The position numbers and the translations under genes are program-made. The notes under the pieces are model-generated. The model made no database searches and had not been told where the DNA came from. It saw only the letters and a list, made by a program, of their open reading frames with translations. Shown here in pieces: positions 25,461 to 35,227 of a DNA stretch of 64,000 nt. Numbering within the stretch: position 1 is the first letter of the stretch; every line of letters begins with the position of its first letter. The DNA comes from Thermoanaerobaculia bacterium (GTDB lineage: Bacteria > Acidobacteriota > Thermoanaerobaculia > Multivoradales > UBA5704). The stretch is taken from assembly GCA_035556715.1 (NCBI GenBank), contig DATMER010000074.1:3737-67736 (forward strand). The letters are read 5' to 3'.

Positions 25461-28400
25461 ATGCTGAAAGTCAAACGCCTCGAGATTTCCGGATTCAAAT
25501 CGTTCGTCGATCCTGTGCGCGTCGAGTTCGCGGGCGGGATCACGGCCATCGTCGGTCCCAACGGGTGCGGCAAGAGCAACCTGTCGGAAGCCATGACCTG
25601 GGTGCTTGGCGAGCAGAGCGCCAAGTCCCTGCGCGGCGGCACGATGGAGGACGTCATCTTCAACGGCTCCGAGCAAAGGAAGCCCCTCGGCATGGCCGAG
25701 TGCACCCTGACGCTGGAGACCGACTCCTCCTTCCAGGGCGCGGACGGCGGCTGGATGACCATCGGCCGCCGGGTCTTCCGGGGCGGCGAAAGCCAGTACC
25801 GGCTCAACGGCCGGGTCGTGCGCATGAAGGAGATCAAGGACATCCTGATGGACACCGGCCTGGGCATCCGCGCCTACTCGGTGATCGAGCAGGGCAAGAT
25901 CGGGATGATCCTCTCCGGCAAGCCGCAGGAGCGGCGCAAGCTGATCGAGGAGGCCGCGGGCATCACGCGCTACAAGGCGCGCAAGACCGTGGCCGAGGTC
26001 AAGCTCCAGGAGGCCACGGCCAACCTGCTCCGGCTGGACGACGTGATCTCCGAGGTCGAGCGCGCCCTGCGCTCCCTCAAGCGCCAGGCGAGCGCGGCGC
26101 GGCGCTACCAGGAAAAGGAAGTCGAGTACCGCGAGCTGCTGGAGAAGGTCCTCTCCGGCCGCTGGGCCGCCCTCTCCGCCCGTCTGCGCGAGCTGCGCTC
26201 GAAGATCGAGGAGGCCACCACCCGGGAAGCCGGGCTCGCCGCCGACCTGCATCGCGACGAGGCCGCTCTTGCCGAGGGGCGGCAGCGGCTCGACGAGCTG
26301 GCGCGAGCCATGGCCGAGCGGCACCAGAAGGTGGCCGAGCTCGCGGCCACGATCGAAGGACGCCAGGAGTTCCTCAAGGCCAACCGCCAGACCGTCAAGG
26401 AGATCGGCGAGCGGGCCGAGCAGGACCGCGGCATGGCCGAGCGCCGGGAAGCCGAGATCCAGGCCCACGTGGACGCCCTCGAAGCCCTGGAGGAGCGGCG
26501 CCTCGAGCTCGCGGCCGAGCGCGACCTGGCCGCCCAGGCCGTCGAGGCCGACGAACGCCAGATCGCCTCGGCCGAGCGCGACCTGCAGCAGGTGGCCGCC
26601 CGGGTCGAAGCCGTGCGCGGCCAGCTCGCGGCCGCCGTCAACGAGATCAACGCGTTCCGGCAGCGGGTCCAGCAGTCGCAGATCGAACTGGAGCGCGGCA
26701 ACTTCCGGCGCCATCACCTGGACCAGGAGCTGACCCAGCACGCGCACGAGCTCAAGCAGGCCGCCGAGGCCCTGGCCCTCGCTCAGGAGAAAGTGAAGGC
26801 CTCCGACACCGCCCTGACCGGCAAGAGCGCCGACCAGGAGCGCGTCGCCTCCGCCCTGGAAGTGACCCTGCGCCGCGAGGCCGAAGCCTCCGAGCGCAAG
26901 CGGGGCCTGGAGGACCAGCTCTCCGGCTCACGCCAGAGGCAGCGCATCCTGGCCGAGCTATCCCGTGCCCACGCCCAGCGCCGGGCCGCCCTGGAAAAAG
27001 CCCTCGCCGCCGCCGGCCTCGCCGAGCCCGCCTGGCTCGCCGGCCAGGCCAAGGCCCTGGAGGGCTGGGAGCGGAGCCTGGACGTCTATCTCGGCAGCCT
27101 GGCCGATGCGGTGGTCCTGGCGCCGGGCGCCTCGGCCCGCGACCTGGCCCAGGCCCTGGCCGGACGCTCGGCCGCGGTGCTCGTCGAGCGCCGCCCCCCC
27201 TCGGAGGACGAGCACGTCGCGATCGTGGACGATCCAGCCGTGGTCCTCTCCCTGGGAGAGGCCCTGGCCCTCCCCGAAGAGCTGGCCGTGGCCCTGCCGC
27301 CCGCTTTCCTGGTGCGCACCGCGGCTGACGCCGAGCGGCTGGCGCGGCTCCATCCGGGCTTCGCCTTCCTGAGCCGCGAGGGTGTCTGGGTGCAGGCCGG
27401 CACCTTCCACGTCGAGGGCGAGGTGGCGACGCCGGGCGTGCTGGAGCGCGAGAGCGAGCTGGCCGCGTTGGGCAAGTCGATCCCCGACCTGGAGCGCCAG
27501 CTTCGGGAGTCCACCACGGAGCTGGAGCGGCTGGTGGCGGAGCGGGCGAACCTGGCGAGGGAGTCGAACCGGCTGCAAGGAGAAGTCGCGCAGCTCCGGC
27601 AGGAGCTGGCCGTCCACCGCGCCCGCCAGGAGGACGCCGCGACCCGCCACCGGCGCCTCACCTCCGAGCAGGAAACTCTCACGGGAGAGCAGCAGGAGAT
27701 CGCCCGCGAGATCGAGCGCGTGACCCAGCGCCGCCAGCAGCTCCAGGACGAGCTGACCGCCTCCGAGCAGCGCAACGCCTCGCTCCAGGAAGCGTTCGAC
27801 CGCGCCCAGGCAGAGCTCGACGCGTCCAAGGCATCCCGCGAGGCCCTGCGCACCGCGAGCGCCGGCCGGCGCGGCCGCCTGGAGCTGCTCGACGAGCGCC
27901 TGGAGTCGCACGACCGCGAGGAGTCGCGCCTCCGCTCCGAGGTGGATCGCGGCCGGCGGCAGGTCGCCCTCTGGCGCGAGGACGCCAACAAGCTCGCGGC
28001 CCGGCGGCAGGACCTGGAGGCAGCCATCGTCAAGGCCGAACAGGACCTGCAAAGTGCCCTGGAGCGGCGGGCCTCCGCGGAAGAGGGAGTCCTGGAACAG
28101 CAGCAGCGGCTCGACGAGCGGCGCGAAGAGATCCAGGGACTGGACGAGCGCATCCACGAGACCCGCGACCGGCGCGACGCCGTGCGGACCGAGGTCGAGG
28201 AGCACCGCGTCGCCCACGCCGCTCTCCGCCAGGACGCCGAGCACCTGTCCGTGACCTACCACGAGCACTTCGAGAAGCCCCTCCCACCGTCGGAAGAGCT
28301 TCCGGAAGAGCCGCCGGCCGACCTCGCCGAGCTGGAGGCGGAGCTGGCGCGCACCAAGGCCGCGCTGGAGCGGCTCGGGCCGGTAAACCTGCTGGCCGTG

Positions 28401-29000
28401 CAGGAGCACGACGAGCAGGAGGAGCGCTTCCAGTTCCTGACCACCCAGCGCGCCGACGTGGCGAACTCGGTGGACAGCCTGCGCAAGACGATCAAGGAGA
28501 TCAACGAAGCCTCGGGCGAGCGCTTCCAGACCACCTTCCAGGAGGTCAACAAGCACTTCGGAGAGACCTTCGCGAGACTGTTCCGCGGCGGCGAAGCCGA
28601 GATGCGCCTCCTGGACGAGGAGGACATGCTGGAGAGCGGCATCGAGATCCTGGCCCGCCCGCCGGGCAAGCGCCTGCAGAACCTGATGCTGATGTCCGGA
28701 GGCGAGAAGGCGCTGACCGCGATCGCCCTGCTCTTCGCCCTGTTCAAGACGAAGCCGTCGCCCTTCTGCATCCTGGACGAGGTGGACGCGCCGCTCGACG
28801 ACGTGAACACCACCCGTTTCGTGGACGTCCTGCGGGAGATGTCGGGAAGCACCCAGTTCATCGTCATCACCCACAACAAGCTGACCATGGAGGTCGCGGG
28901 CACGCTCTACGGCGTGACCATGGAAGAGAAGGGAGTCTCGAAGCTGGTCTCCGTCCAGATGGAGGAAGTCCAGCCCGAGGAGCAGCGGGCGACGGCTTAG
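25461..29000 (+). CDS. smc: Chromosome segregation protein SMC
   Basis: N-terminal FKSF..GPNGCGKSN Walker A; long coiled coils; hinge; C-terminal LSGGEK signature and ILDEVDAPLD Walker B. Confidence 0.95.
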   Translation: MLKVKRLEISGFKSFVDPVRVEFAGGITAIVGPNGCGKSNLSEAMTWVLGEQSAKSLRGGTMEDVIFNGSEQRKPLGMAECTLTLETDSSFQGADGGWMTIGRRVFRGGESQYRLNGRVVRMKEIKDILMDTGLGIRAYSVIEQGKIGMILSGKPQERRKLIEEAAGITRYKARKTVAEVKLQEATANLLRLDDVISEVERALRSLKRQASAARRYQEKEVEYRELLEKVLSGRWAALSARLRELRSKIEEATTREAGLAADLHRDEAALAEGRQRLDELARAMAERHQKVAELAATIEGRQEFLKANRQTVKEIGERAEQDRGMAERREAEIQAHVDALEALEERRLELAAERDLAAQAVEADERQIASAERDLQQVAARVEAVRGQLAAAVNEINAFRQRVQQSQIELERGNFRRHHLDQELTQHAHELKQAAEALALAQEKVKASDTALTGKSADQERVASALEVTLRREAEASERKRGLEDQLSGSRQRQRILAELSRAHAQRRAALEKALAAAGLAEPAWLAGQAKALEGWERSLDVYLGSLADAVVLAPGASARDLAQALAGRSAAVLVERRPPSEDEHVAIVDDPAVVLSLGEALALPEELAVALPPAFLVRTAADAERLARLHPGFAFLSREGVWVQAGTFHVEGEVATPGVLERESELAALGKSIPDLERQLRESTTELERLVAERANLARESNRLQGEVAQLRQELAVHRARQEDAATRHRRLTSEQETLTGEQQEIAREIERVTQRRQQLQDELTASEQRNASLQEAFDRAQAELDASKASREALRTASAGRRGRLELLDERLESHDREESRLRSEVDRGRRQVALWREDANKLAARRQDLEAAIVKAEQDLQSALERRASAEEGVLEQQQRLDERREEIQGLDERIHETRDRRDAVRTEVEEHRVAHAALRQDAEHLSVTYHEHFEKPLPPSEELPEEPPADLAELEAELARTKAALERLGPVNLLAVQEHDEQEERFQFLTTQRADVANSVDSLRKTIKEINEASGERFQTTFQEVNKHFGETFARLFRGGEAEMRLLDEEDMLESGIEILARPPGKRLQNLMLMSGGEKALTAIALLFALFKTKPSPFCILDEVDAPLDDVNTTRFVDVLREMSGSTQFIVITHNKLTMEVAGTLYGVTMEEKGVSKLVSVQMEEVQPEEQRATA

Positions 29001-29032
29001 TCGTTTTATCCGTTCCTGTGTCTCTCGATTGA

Positions 29033-29057
29033 GCCCGCCGTCCTGGCGGGCTTTTTG
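29033..29057 (+). terminator. Rho-independent terminator after smc
   Basis: GCCCGCCGTCCTGGCGGGC stem-loop followed by TTTTT. Confidence 0.7.
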
Positions 29058-29119
29058 CTTCTCCTTCAAGCATTGTTGTCTGCCGTCCGGATGTCCATCA
29101 GAAAGGAGCGCTCCCCCGC

Positions 29120-29872
29120 ATGAACCGCCTGAGCCCGCTGCTGCTCTGCACCTCCCTGCTCGCTCTCGCTACCCCTGCCGACGCCGCCCATCGCTGCTTC
29201 CCCCAGACGATCCAGTGCGGGGAGACCCGGCAGACCTCGCTCGACGCGTCCGAGTGCTTCATCGACGAGGAGTCCTGGGCCGACTTCTTCACGTTCGCCG
29301 GCCCGGCCGGGCAGTCGGTCACCATCACCATGACCTCGACCGTGTTCACCCCCTCGATCCTCCTCTTCGACCCGCACAACCTGGCGCTGCAGCAGGACGC
29401 CAGCGGCTCGACCCTGACGGTCAACCACGCCCTCGACGAGACCGGGCTCTGGCGCATCGCCGCCACCTCGGCCGAGGCCAAGGAGACGGGCAGCTATACC
29501 ATCACCCTCCAGTGCTCCACCCCGGCGCTGCCGGCCGGCCCTTTCCTGACCACTCCGGAGATCCCCGGCTTCCGCTTCAAGGTCAGGATCGGCGACCGGG
29601 CTGGCGCCAAGCAGGACGAGGACGACTGCCTCGACGAGACACTGTGCATCAGCGGCGCGATCCCGACCCGTACCGAGATCCTGATCCGCGTGATCGGTCC
29701 GAGGCCCAACGGCTTCCTCTGGCCTACGGTGGTCAAGCTCAACACCACCCAGACCGAGGTCTGGATCCAGCAGATCAGCACGGGAGTAACGAAGTACTAC
29801 CTGCTCCCGGGCGCCGGCCCGACCAGCAGCGACCTGCCCGGGTTCTTCGACAGGAACGGTTTCCTGCCGTAA
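29120..29872 (+). CDS. Secreted hypothetical protein
   Basis: Signal peptide MNRLSPLLLCTSLLALATPADA; Cys pairs; no recognised family. Confidence 0.5.
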   Translation: MNRLSPLLLCTSLLALATPADAAHRCFPQTIQCGETRQTSLDASECFIDEESWADFFTFAGPAGQSVTITMTSTVFTPSILLFDPHNLALQQDASGSTLTVNHALDETGLWRIAATSAEAKETGSYTITLQCSTPALPAGPFLTTPEIPGFRFKVRIGDRAGAKQDEDDCLDETLCISGAIPTRTEILIRVIGPRPNGFLWPTVVKLNTTQTEVWIQQISTGVTKYYLLPGAGPTSSDLPGFFDRNGFLP

Positions 29873-29882
29873 GATCCCGTCC

Positions 29883-30398
29883 ATGCGCTGGACCGAACGG
29901 ACGTTCCGCTTCGACCTGCCGGTCGAGATGCTCCCCGTCGTGATTGAGCGCCTGCGCGGCGCGATCCCCCGCATCGAGGACAAGGTGCGGGGGATCCCTC
30001 CCGGGGTCCTCACCCGGAGGGACGGCGACGCCTGGTCGATCCAGGAGCACATCGGCCACCTGCTCGACCTCGACGAGCTGCACCTGGGCCGGCTGGACGA
30101 CTACCTGGCCGGCGCCGAGGTGCTCCGCCCCGCGGACATGGAGAACCGCAAGACCTGGCAGGCCAACCACAACCTGCGGGCAGCCGAATACCTGGTTCAG
30201 CAGTTCCGCCGCGAGCGCGAGAGCTTCGTCGAGCGGCTGGAGACCTGGGACCCCGGGCGCGCCGGCCAGTCCGCCATTCATCCCCGCCTCAAGCAGCCCA
30301 TGCGGGTCATCGACATGGCCTTCTTCGTGGCCGAGCACGACGACCACCATCTGGCTCTCATGACCGGACTGGCGCGCAGGCTCGCTACTTTTCCTTGA
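29883..30398 (+). CDS. DinB/YfiT-like (DinB_2) metal-dependent hydrolase family protein
   Basis: His-rich motifs IQEHIGHLLDLDE and VAEHDDHHL; ~170 aa four-helix-bundle size. Confidence 0.7.
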   Translation: MRWTERTFRFDLPVEMLPVVIERLRGAIPRIEDKVRGIPPGVLTRRDGDAWSIQEHIGHLLDLDELHLGRLDDYLAGAEVLRPADMENRKTWQANHNLRAAEYLVQQFRRERESFVERLETWDPGRAGQSAIHPRLKQPMRVIDMAFFVAEHDDHHLALMTGLARRLATFP

Positions 30399-30516
30399 TC
30401 CCATTCCCCCTCTCCCCAGCCCTCTCCCCCATGCTGGGGGAGAGGGAGATCGCGGAGGAACGGAAGTTGCACCGCCCCGGGCGCGGCCGGCTCAACTCCC
30501 GGCCCGGAGGCGGAAC

Positions 30517-31878
30517 ATGCGCACAAGAATCCCCATCCTGATCCTCCCCCTGCTGCTCGGAGCCTGCACCTACGAGGATGCTACCGACGAACAGCCGAGC
30601 GAGACCCCGGCCGCCCAGCAGCAGTCCCAGGCCCCCCGGTACTCCGTGCCGATCGGCGCTGCCGAGTACGACCCGGCCGCGCTGGAGCAGGGGCGCCGCG
30701 ACCCAGCCTGGAGGCAGTACGCCGAGCGCGACCGCGCGGAGAGGCTCGGGACGGCTCCGGCTCCCCAGGGCACGGCCCAGTCCCCACTGACCCCGGGTAT
30801 GGAGCCCCCTCCCCCGCCGGGAGCCGAGGGCGGATCGACGGCGGGAGCTTTGCCTCCGGGCCGGCGCTCCGGAGAGACCTTCGAGCAGATCTCGCCGGAC
30901 GCGCTGAGCGGCAACCCCGCTCTGCCCCTGGGGCAGGACGGCGGCGGCCCCAGCGTGCTCCGCGCCCAGATCCTCCTGGACCGTGCCCGCTTCTCGCCCG
31001 GCGTCATCGACGGCAACTGGGGAAAGAACACCGAGAAGGCGGTCTACTGGTTCCAGTTCGCCCAGGGCCTGAACACCACCGGCGAGGTGGACCAGGGCAC
31101 CTGGGACGCGCTCGTCCGCACCGCAGGACCTGGCGAGCCCCTCGCCCGGGTCCAGGTGACGCAGGAGGACCTGAAAGGTCCCTTCGTCGATCCCCTGCCC
31201 GACGATCCCTACGAGCAGGCGAAGCTCGAATGCCTCTGCTACAGCTCCCCCCTGGAGCTCTTTGCCGAGCGCGGCCACGCCACGCCCGAGCTGGTCCAGA
31301 AGCTGAATCCACAGGTCGACTTCGCCAGCCTTCAGGCGGGCACCGAGATCGCGCTGCCGAACGTCCCGCAGACCCGGCCGGAGGATGTCCCTTCTCAGAG
31401 TGGAGCCAAGGCAACTCCGGCCGCCAACCGGCCCCCCGCTGAAGGAGGACAGGCCGAGGGAGGACAGATAGCCCGGCTCCTGATCTCCAAGAGGGGCTTC
31501 TACCTGCAGGCCGTGGACGCCCAGGGGCATATCCTCTACCACTTCCCCACCACGCTCGGGTCAAAGTACGACCCCTCGGCGAGCGGCACGCTCCAGCTCA
31601 CCGGCATCTACCCCGAGCCCGACTTCCACTACCAGCCGAAGCTCTTCGCCGACGTGTCCGACGACAAGCCGGAGGCTCATCTCCCTCCGGGGCCGAACTC
31701 CCCGGTCGGCCTGGTGTGGCTCGACCTCTCCAAGCCCCACCACGGCATCCACGGCACGGCCACCCCGGAGACGATCGGCTACACTTCCAGCCACGGCTGC
31801 ATCCGGCTGACGAACTGGGACGCGCTGTTCCTGGCGCGCCACGTCAAGCCGGGCACGCAGGTCGTGTTCAGGGAGTGA
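30517..31878 (+). CDS. Lipoprotein L,D-transpeptidase with peptidoglycan-binding domain
   Basis: Lipobox LLLGAC; PG_binding_1-like GVIDGNWGKNTEKAVYWFQ; YkuD catalytic HGIHGT...SSHGCIRL. Confidence 0.8.
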   Translation: MRTRIPILILPLLLGACTYEDATDEQPSETPAAQQQSQAPRYSVPIGAAEYDPAALEQGRRDPAWRQYAERDRAERLGTAPAPQGTAQSPLTPGMEPPPPPGAEGGSTAGALPPGRRSGETFEQISPDALSGNPALPLGQDGGGPSVLRAQILLDRARFSPGVIDGNWGKNTEKAVYWFQFAQGLNTTGEVDQGTWDALVRTAGPGEPLARVQVTQEDLKGPFVDPLPDDPYEQAKLECLCYSSPLELFAERGHATPELVQKLNPQVDFASLQAGTEIALPNVPQTRPEDVPSQSGAKATPAANRPPAEGGQAEGGQIARLLISKRGFYLQAVDAQGHILYHFPTTLGSKYDPSASGTLQLTGIYPEPDFHYQPKLFADVSDDKPEAHLPPGPNSPVGLVWLDLSKPHHGIHGTATPETIGYTSSHGCIRLTNWDALFLARHVKPGTQVVFRE

Positions 31879-31996
31879 TGGAGGGCTGAGTGGAGCGTGA
31901 AGGGGGCTATGGCGAAGGTCGACGGGCGGACCGCACGCCACACGGCTTCCTATGGGGTGGATTCTTAACTGGACAGTATTTGGGTATAGGCTTCCG

Positions 31997-32342
31997 TATG
32001 ATCCTCATGGCCACCATCGCCCGCCTCACGCCCGAAGAAGCCCACCTCCTCCAGGGCCGCCTGGAGGCCGAGCAGGTCTCCGTGTCCATTCACGAGGATC
32101 ACAATGCCGGGCTCCCGGTAGCAGGCGGCTCCACCGCGGGAGTAAGCCTGGAGGTGCCGGACGAGCAAGCCGGGCGTGCCAGGGAGATCCTGAGGCAGAT
32201 CGCAGAAACCGAGGCGGAAGCCGATACTCCGCAACCCGATCCGGCGCGGCTCGCCTGGCTCCGGTTTGGAGACGGACTCGAGCTTGTCCTCTTCGTCCTG
32301 TTCCTCGCCGCGGCCTGTATCGCTTCTTCGCTTCGTAAGTAG
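31997..32342 (+). CDS. DUF2007-domain protein with C-terminal TM helix
   Basis: IARLTPEEAHLLQGRLEAEQVSVSI matches the DUF2007 beta-alpha pattern; C-terminal hydrophobic helix. Confidence 0.55.
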
Positions 32343-32399
32343 CGCGTCACGGCGATCGAGGGCGTGAAGGGGGGCAGATGGCTACCGGTAAGCCCCGGG

Positions 32400-32725
32400 C
32401 TCCATTATTTTGGATCGAAATTGCCTTCGATCGCTTCGGAATGGAATCCAGCGCATAAAAATCTCATCGAACGCGCTCGTCTCCATTACTATGTACCCGA
32501 TTTCATTTCCGATCCATACGAATGGATCCCATCCCATAAAAACGCCGTCGAAGCCTTAATCTCCATTCCTATGGATCGAAAATGAAATCGGGTCCATCAG
32601 ATTGGACTCGAACGCATAAAGATCCCGCCGAGCGCGATCTTCTCCATTATTATGGATAAAAAGTCATTCGTATCCATCCGAATGGGTTCTGGCGCGTTCC
32701 GCGGGCTGTTTATGCGTCCGAAATG
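32400..32725. repeat. Tandem direct repeats, ~80-81 bp x 4 (plus degenerate extension to ~32870), low-GC
   Basis: Units start CTCCATTAYTWTGGA at 32400, 32481, 32561 and 32643. Shared blocks GAATGGRWYC and CGCATAAARAYC. Located between the convergent DUF2007 gene and the Cys-rich gene. Confidence 0.7.
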
Positions 32726-32873
32726 ACTCTGACGCGCCTGAAGCGACGCCTGGCTGCCCCTCCGGCCTCCTGCCGCTCCGCGAGATCCCGGTTGCGTCCT
32801 GAACCGTTCGGACCGGACCGAATCGATTCGAGCGCGCCCGAATTCATTCCGAGCCGTCCGAAATGCCTTGCGC

Positions 32874-33209
32874 TCAGAGGCAGGTGCCGGCTTCGCAGCG
32901 ATAGCGGATGAAGCCCTGCACCTTGTAGCCGAGGTCGAGGTGATCCCAAGTACAGGCGCTGGTGATCACGAGGGATTGAAAGCAGACCTCATACGTGTTG
33001 CAGTTCACGTAGGGGAGCGCCTTGTCCTGCAGCTTGGCCTCGGCCTCGGCGCAGGAGTAACCCTTGGCCATGAACGTCGGCGTGCTGTACAGGGTGTTGT
33101 CGCAGTAACAGATCGCCTGCGCCTCGCGCGGATTCGCGAGCTCATAGGCCGCGAGCAGGCTCAGGGCGATGGTGGCGAGGGCACCGAGGGAGAGTCGAAA
33201 ACGATTCAT
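32874..33209 (-). CDS. Small secreted cysteine-rich protein (111 aa, 10 Cys)
   Basis: Signal peptide MNRFRLSLGALATIALSLLAAYELA; mature ~85 aa with 10 Cys (ICYCDN, YSCAE, NCNTYEVC, SACTWD, RCEAGTC). Confidence 0.55.
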   Translation of the reverse strand: MNRFRLSLGALATIALSLLAAYELANPREAQAICYCDNTLYSTPTFMAKGYSCAEAEAKLQDKALPYVNCNTYEVCFQSLVITSACTWDHLDLGYKVQGFIRYRCEAGTCL

Positions 33210-33398
33210 TGAAATCCTCCTCATCAGAAATGGTAGATCCAAGTAGTTTAGCAGGATGTAATTATTCTCCGCTAGTCGCCTGACTAGTCGAGGCTTAAGC
33301 GAGCGCGTCCTGTAGGCGTCCTGATTTTCGGGACGCCGGCGGGGAGACCAGGATCTCTGGCGAGCTAAGTAGCTGTGTTTAGGGGAGTTATTGCTTGA

Positions 33399-33479
33399 TG
33401 CCGGAGGCGGGACTCGAACCCGCACGCCTTGCGGCGAGAGATTTTAAGTCTCCTGCGTCTGCCATTCCGCCACTCCGGC
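33399..33479 (-). tRNA. tRNA-Leu (anticodon UAA)
   Basis: GCCGGAG acceptor stem; D-arm; anticodon loop CTTAAAA (UAA); long variable arm CGCC-GCAA-GGCG; T-arm GCGGG-TTCGAGT-CCCGC; discriminator A; CCA not encoded. Confidence 0.85.
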
Positions 33480-33579
33480 CGGAGGACATTCTAGCTGGTT
33501 CCGCCCGGCTCTTCCCTCCCGGTCGCGGAAAGGTACAATCCCCCGCACGAATCGAAGGCGATCCCATGAAGGAGGTCCC

Positions 33580-35190
33580 TTGGCCCGCACTCTTCCTGTC
33601 CTCGCCACCGTTGCGTTCCTGAGCATCCCCGCCTCGGCCTTCGCGGAGCCGGTGGACCTCGAAATGGTCACCCGCATCCGTGAGGAGGGCTTCCGGCACT
33701 CCCAGGTCCTGGAGACCGCCCGCCACCTGACCGACGTCATCGGCTCCCGCCTCACCGGCTCGCCCGGGATGAAGGCGGCCAACGACTGGACCCGGCAGCG
33801 GCTTGAGGAGTGGGGCCTGGAGAAGGCTCACCTGGAGGACTACCCCTTCGGCCGGGGTTGGTCGTTCAGCCGGGCGGCCGTCCACATGACCAAGCCTCAG
33901 CAGGGACCGCTCCACGCCCTGCCGCGGGCCTACACGCCGGGCACCGCCGGTCCCGTCCGCGGCACGACCCTGATCGCCAAGTTTGAGAAGGAGTCGGACT
34001 TCGACGCCTGGCGCGGCAAGCTGGCGGGCAAGGTCGTCCTCTTCGAGGACCCCTTCGACTTCGCCAACCCCGACGAGGTCGATCCCCGCGAGTACACCGC
34101 CGAGAAGCTGCTCGAGCTCGGCCGGTTCGAGATCCCCCCGGACCGGGACCGGGCGGAGCTCAAGAAGAGAGGGGTGGAGCGCGCCAAATTCCGGGATGCC
34201 CTCAACCGCTTCCTCGCGGAGGAGAAGACCCTGGCCGTAATCAACGTCAGCAACCGGCCCTGGGGCGTGGTGCGGGTCACCCGCGGCGGGAGCTTCGAGC
34301 CCGGCCTGAGCGTGGGCGTGCCGACCGTGGTCATGGCCGCTGAGCACTACAACCGCCTGCACCGGCTCATCTCCGCGGGCACCGAGGTCGAGTTGGAAGT
34401 CGAGGTCGAGGCGCGCTACCACGACGAGGACGAGATGGCCTACAACACCATCGCCGAGATCCCGGGTACGGACCGCAAGGGGGAGATCGTCATGGTGGGG
34501 GCGCACCTCGACTCCTGGCACGGCAGCACCGGCGCTACGGACAACGCCGCCGGCTGCGCCGTGGTCATGGAGGCCGTGCGCATCCTCAAGGCGATCGGGG
34601 TCAAGCCGCGGCGCACGATCCGCATCGCCCTGTGGAGCGGCGAGGAGCAGGGGCTCATGGGCTCGGTCGACTACGTGGCCGAGCACTTTGCCGCCTGGAG
34701 CGGTCCCGAGGACCCCGAAGAGAAGAAGTGGATCCGCCGCGACAACTGGCGGGGCGAGGGCAAGCTCGCCCTGCGCCCCGGGCACGAGAAGCTCTCGGCC
34801 TACTTCAACATGGACAACGGCGCCGGCCGCATCCGCGGCATCTATGCCGAGGGGAACGCGGCGGTCCGGCCGATCTTCGAGTCCTGGCTCGCCCCCTTCC
34901 ATGACATCGGAGCCGACACCGTGACCCTGCGCGCGACGGGCGGCACGGATCACGAGGCGTTCCTGGACGTCGGCCTGCCCGGGTTCCAGTTCGTGCAGGA
35001 CAGGCTCGACTACTCGGCGCGCACCCACCACTCGAACCTGGACGCCTTCGACCATCTGGACCGGGACGCCCTGGTGCAGGCGTCGGTCGTGGTGGCCTCG
35101 TTCCTCTACAACGCCGCCACGCGGCCGGAGAAGCTCCCCCGGCCTCCCCTTCCGGTGACGATACCGGCACCGAACCCTTCCACGCCCTGA
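33580..35190 (+). CDS. M28 family aminopeptidase with PA domain
   Basis: Signal peptide; zinc ligands GAHLDSWHGSTGATDNAAG, SGEEQGLMGS, HHSNLD. Confidence 0.85.
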   Translation: MARTLPVLATVAFLSIPASAFAEPVDLEMVTRIREEGFRHSQVLETARHLTDVIGSRLTGSPGMKAANDWTRQRLEEWGLEKAHLEDYPFGRGWSFSRAAVHMTKPQQGPLHALPRAYTPGTAGPVRGTTLIAKFEKESDFDAWRGKLAGKVVLFEDPFDFANPDEVDPREYTAEKLLELGRFEIPPDRDRAELKKRGVERAKFRDALNRFLAEEKTLAVINVSNRPWGVVRVTRGGSFEPGLSVGVPTVVMAAEHYNRLHRLISAGTEVELEVEVEARYHDEDEMAYNTIAEIPGTDRKGEIVMVGAHLDSWHGSTGATDNAAGCAVVMEAVRILKAIGVKPRRTIRIALWSGEEQGLMGSVDYVAEHFAAWSGPEDPEEKKWIRRDNWRGEGKLALRPGHEKLSAYFNMDNGAGRIRGIYAEGNAAVRPIFESWLAPFHDIGADTVTLRATGGTDHEAFLDVGLPGFQFVQDRLDYSARTHHSNLDAFDHLDRDALVQASVVVASFLYNAATRPEKLPRPPLPVTIPAPNPSTP

Positions 35191-35227
35191 CGCGTATAAC
35201 ATCCCAAGCGAAATGGGAGGTCTACGG

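Noticed and set aside
32364-32725. Possible CRISPR array (regular repeats)
   Set aside because: Units are ~80 bp and directly abut each other without unique spacers, and the 21-bp array at 53.3 kb likewise lacks spacers. No cas genes are in the window. These are tandem direct repeats, not CRISPR.
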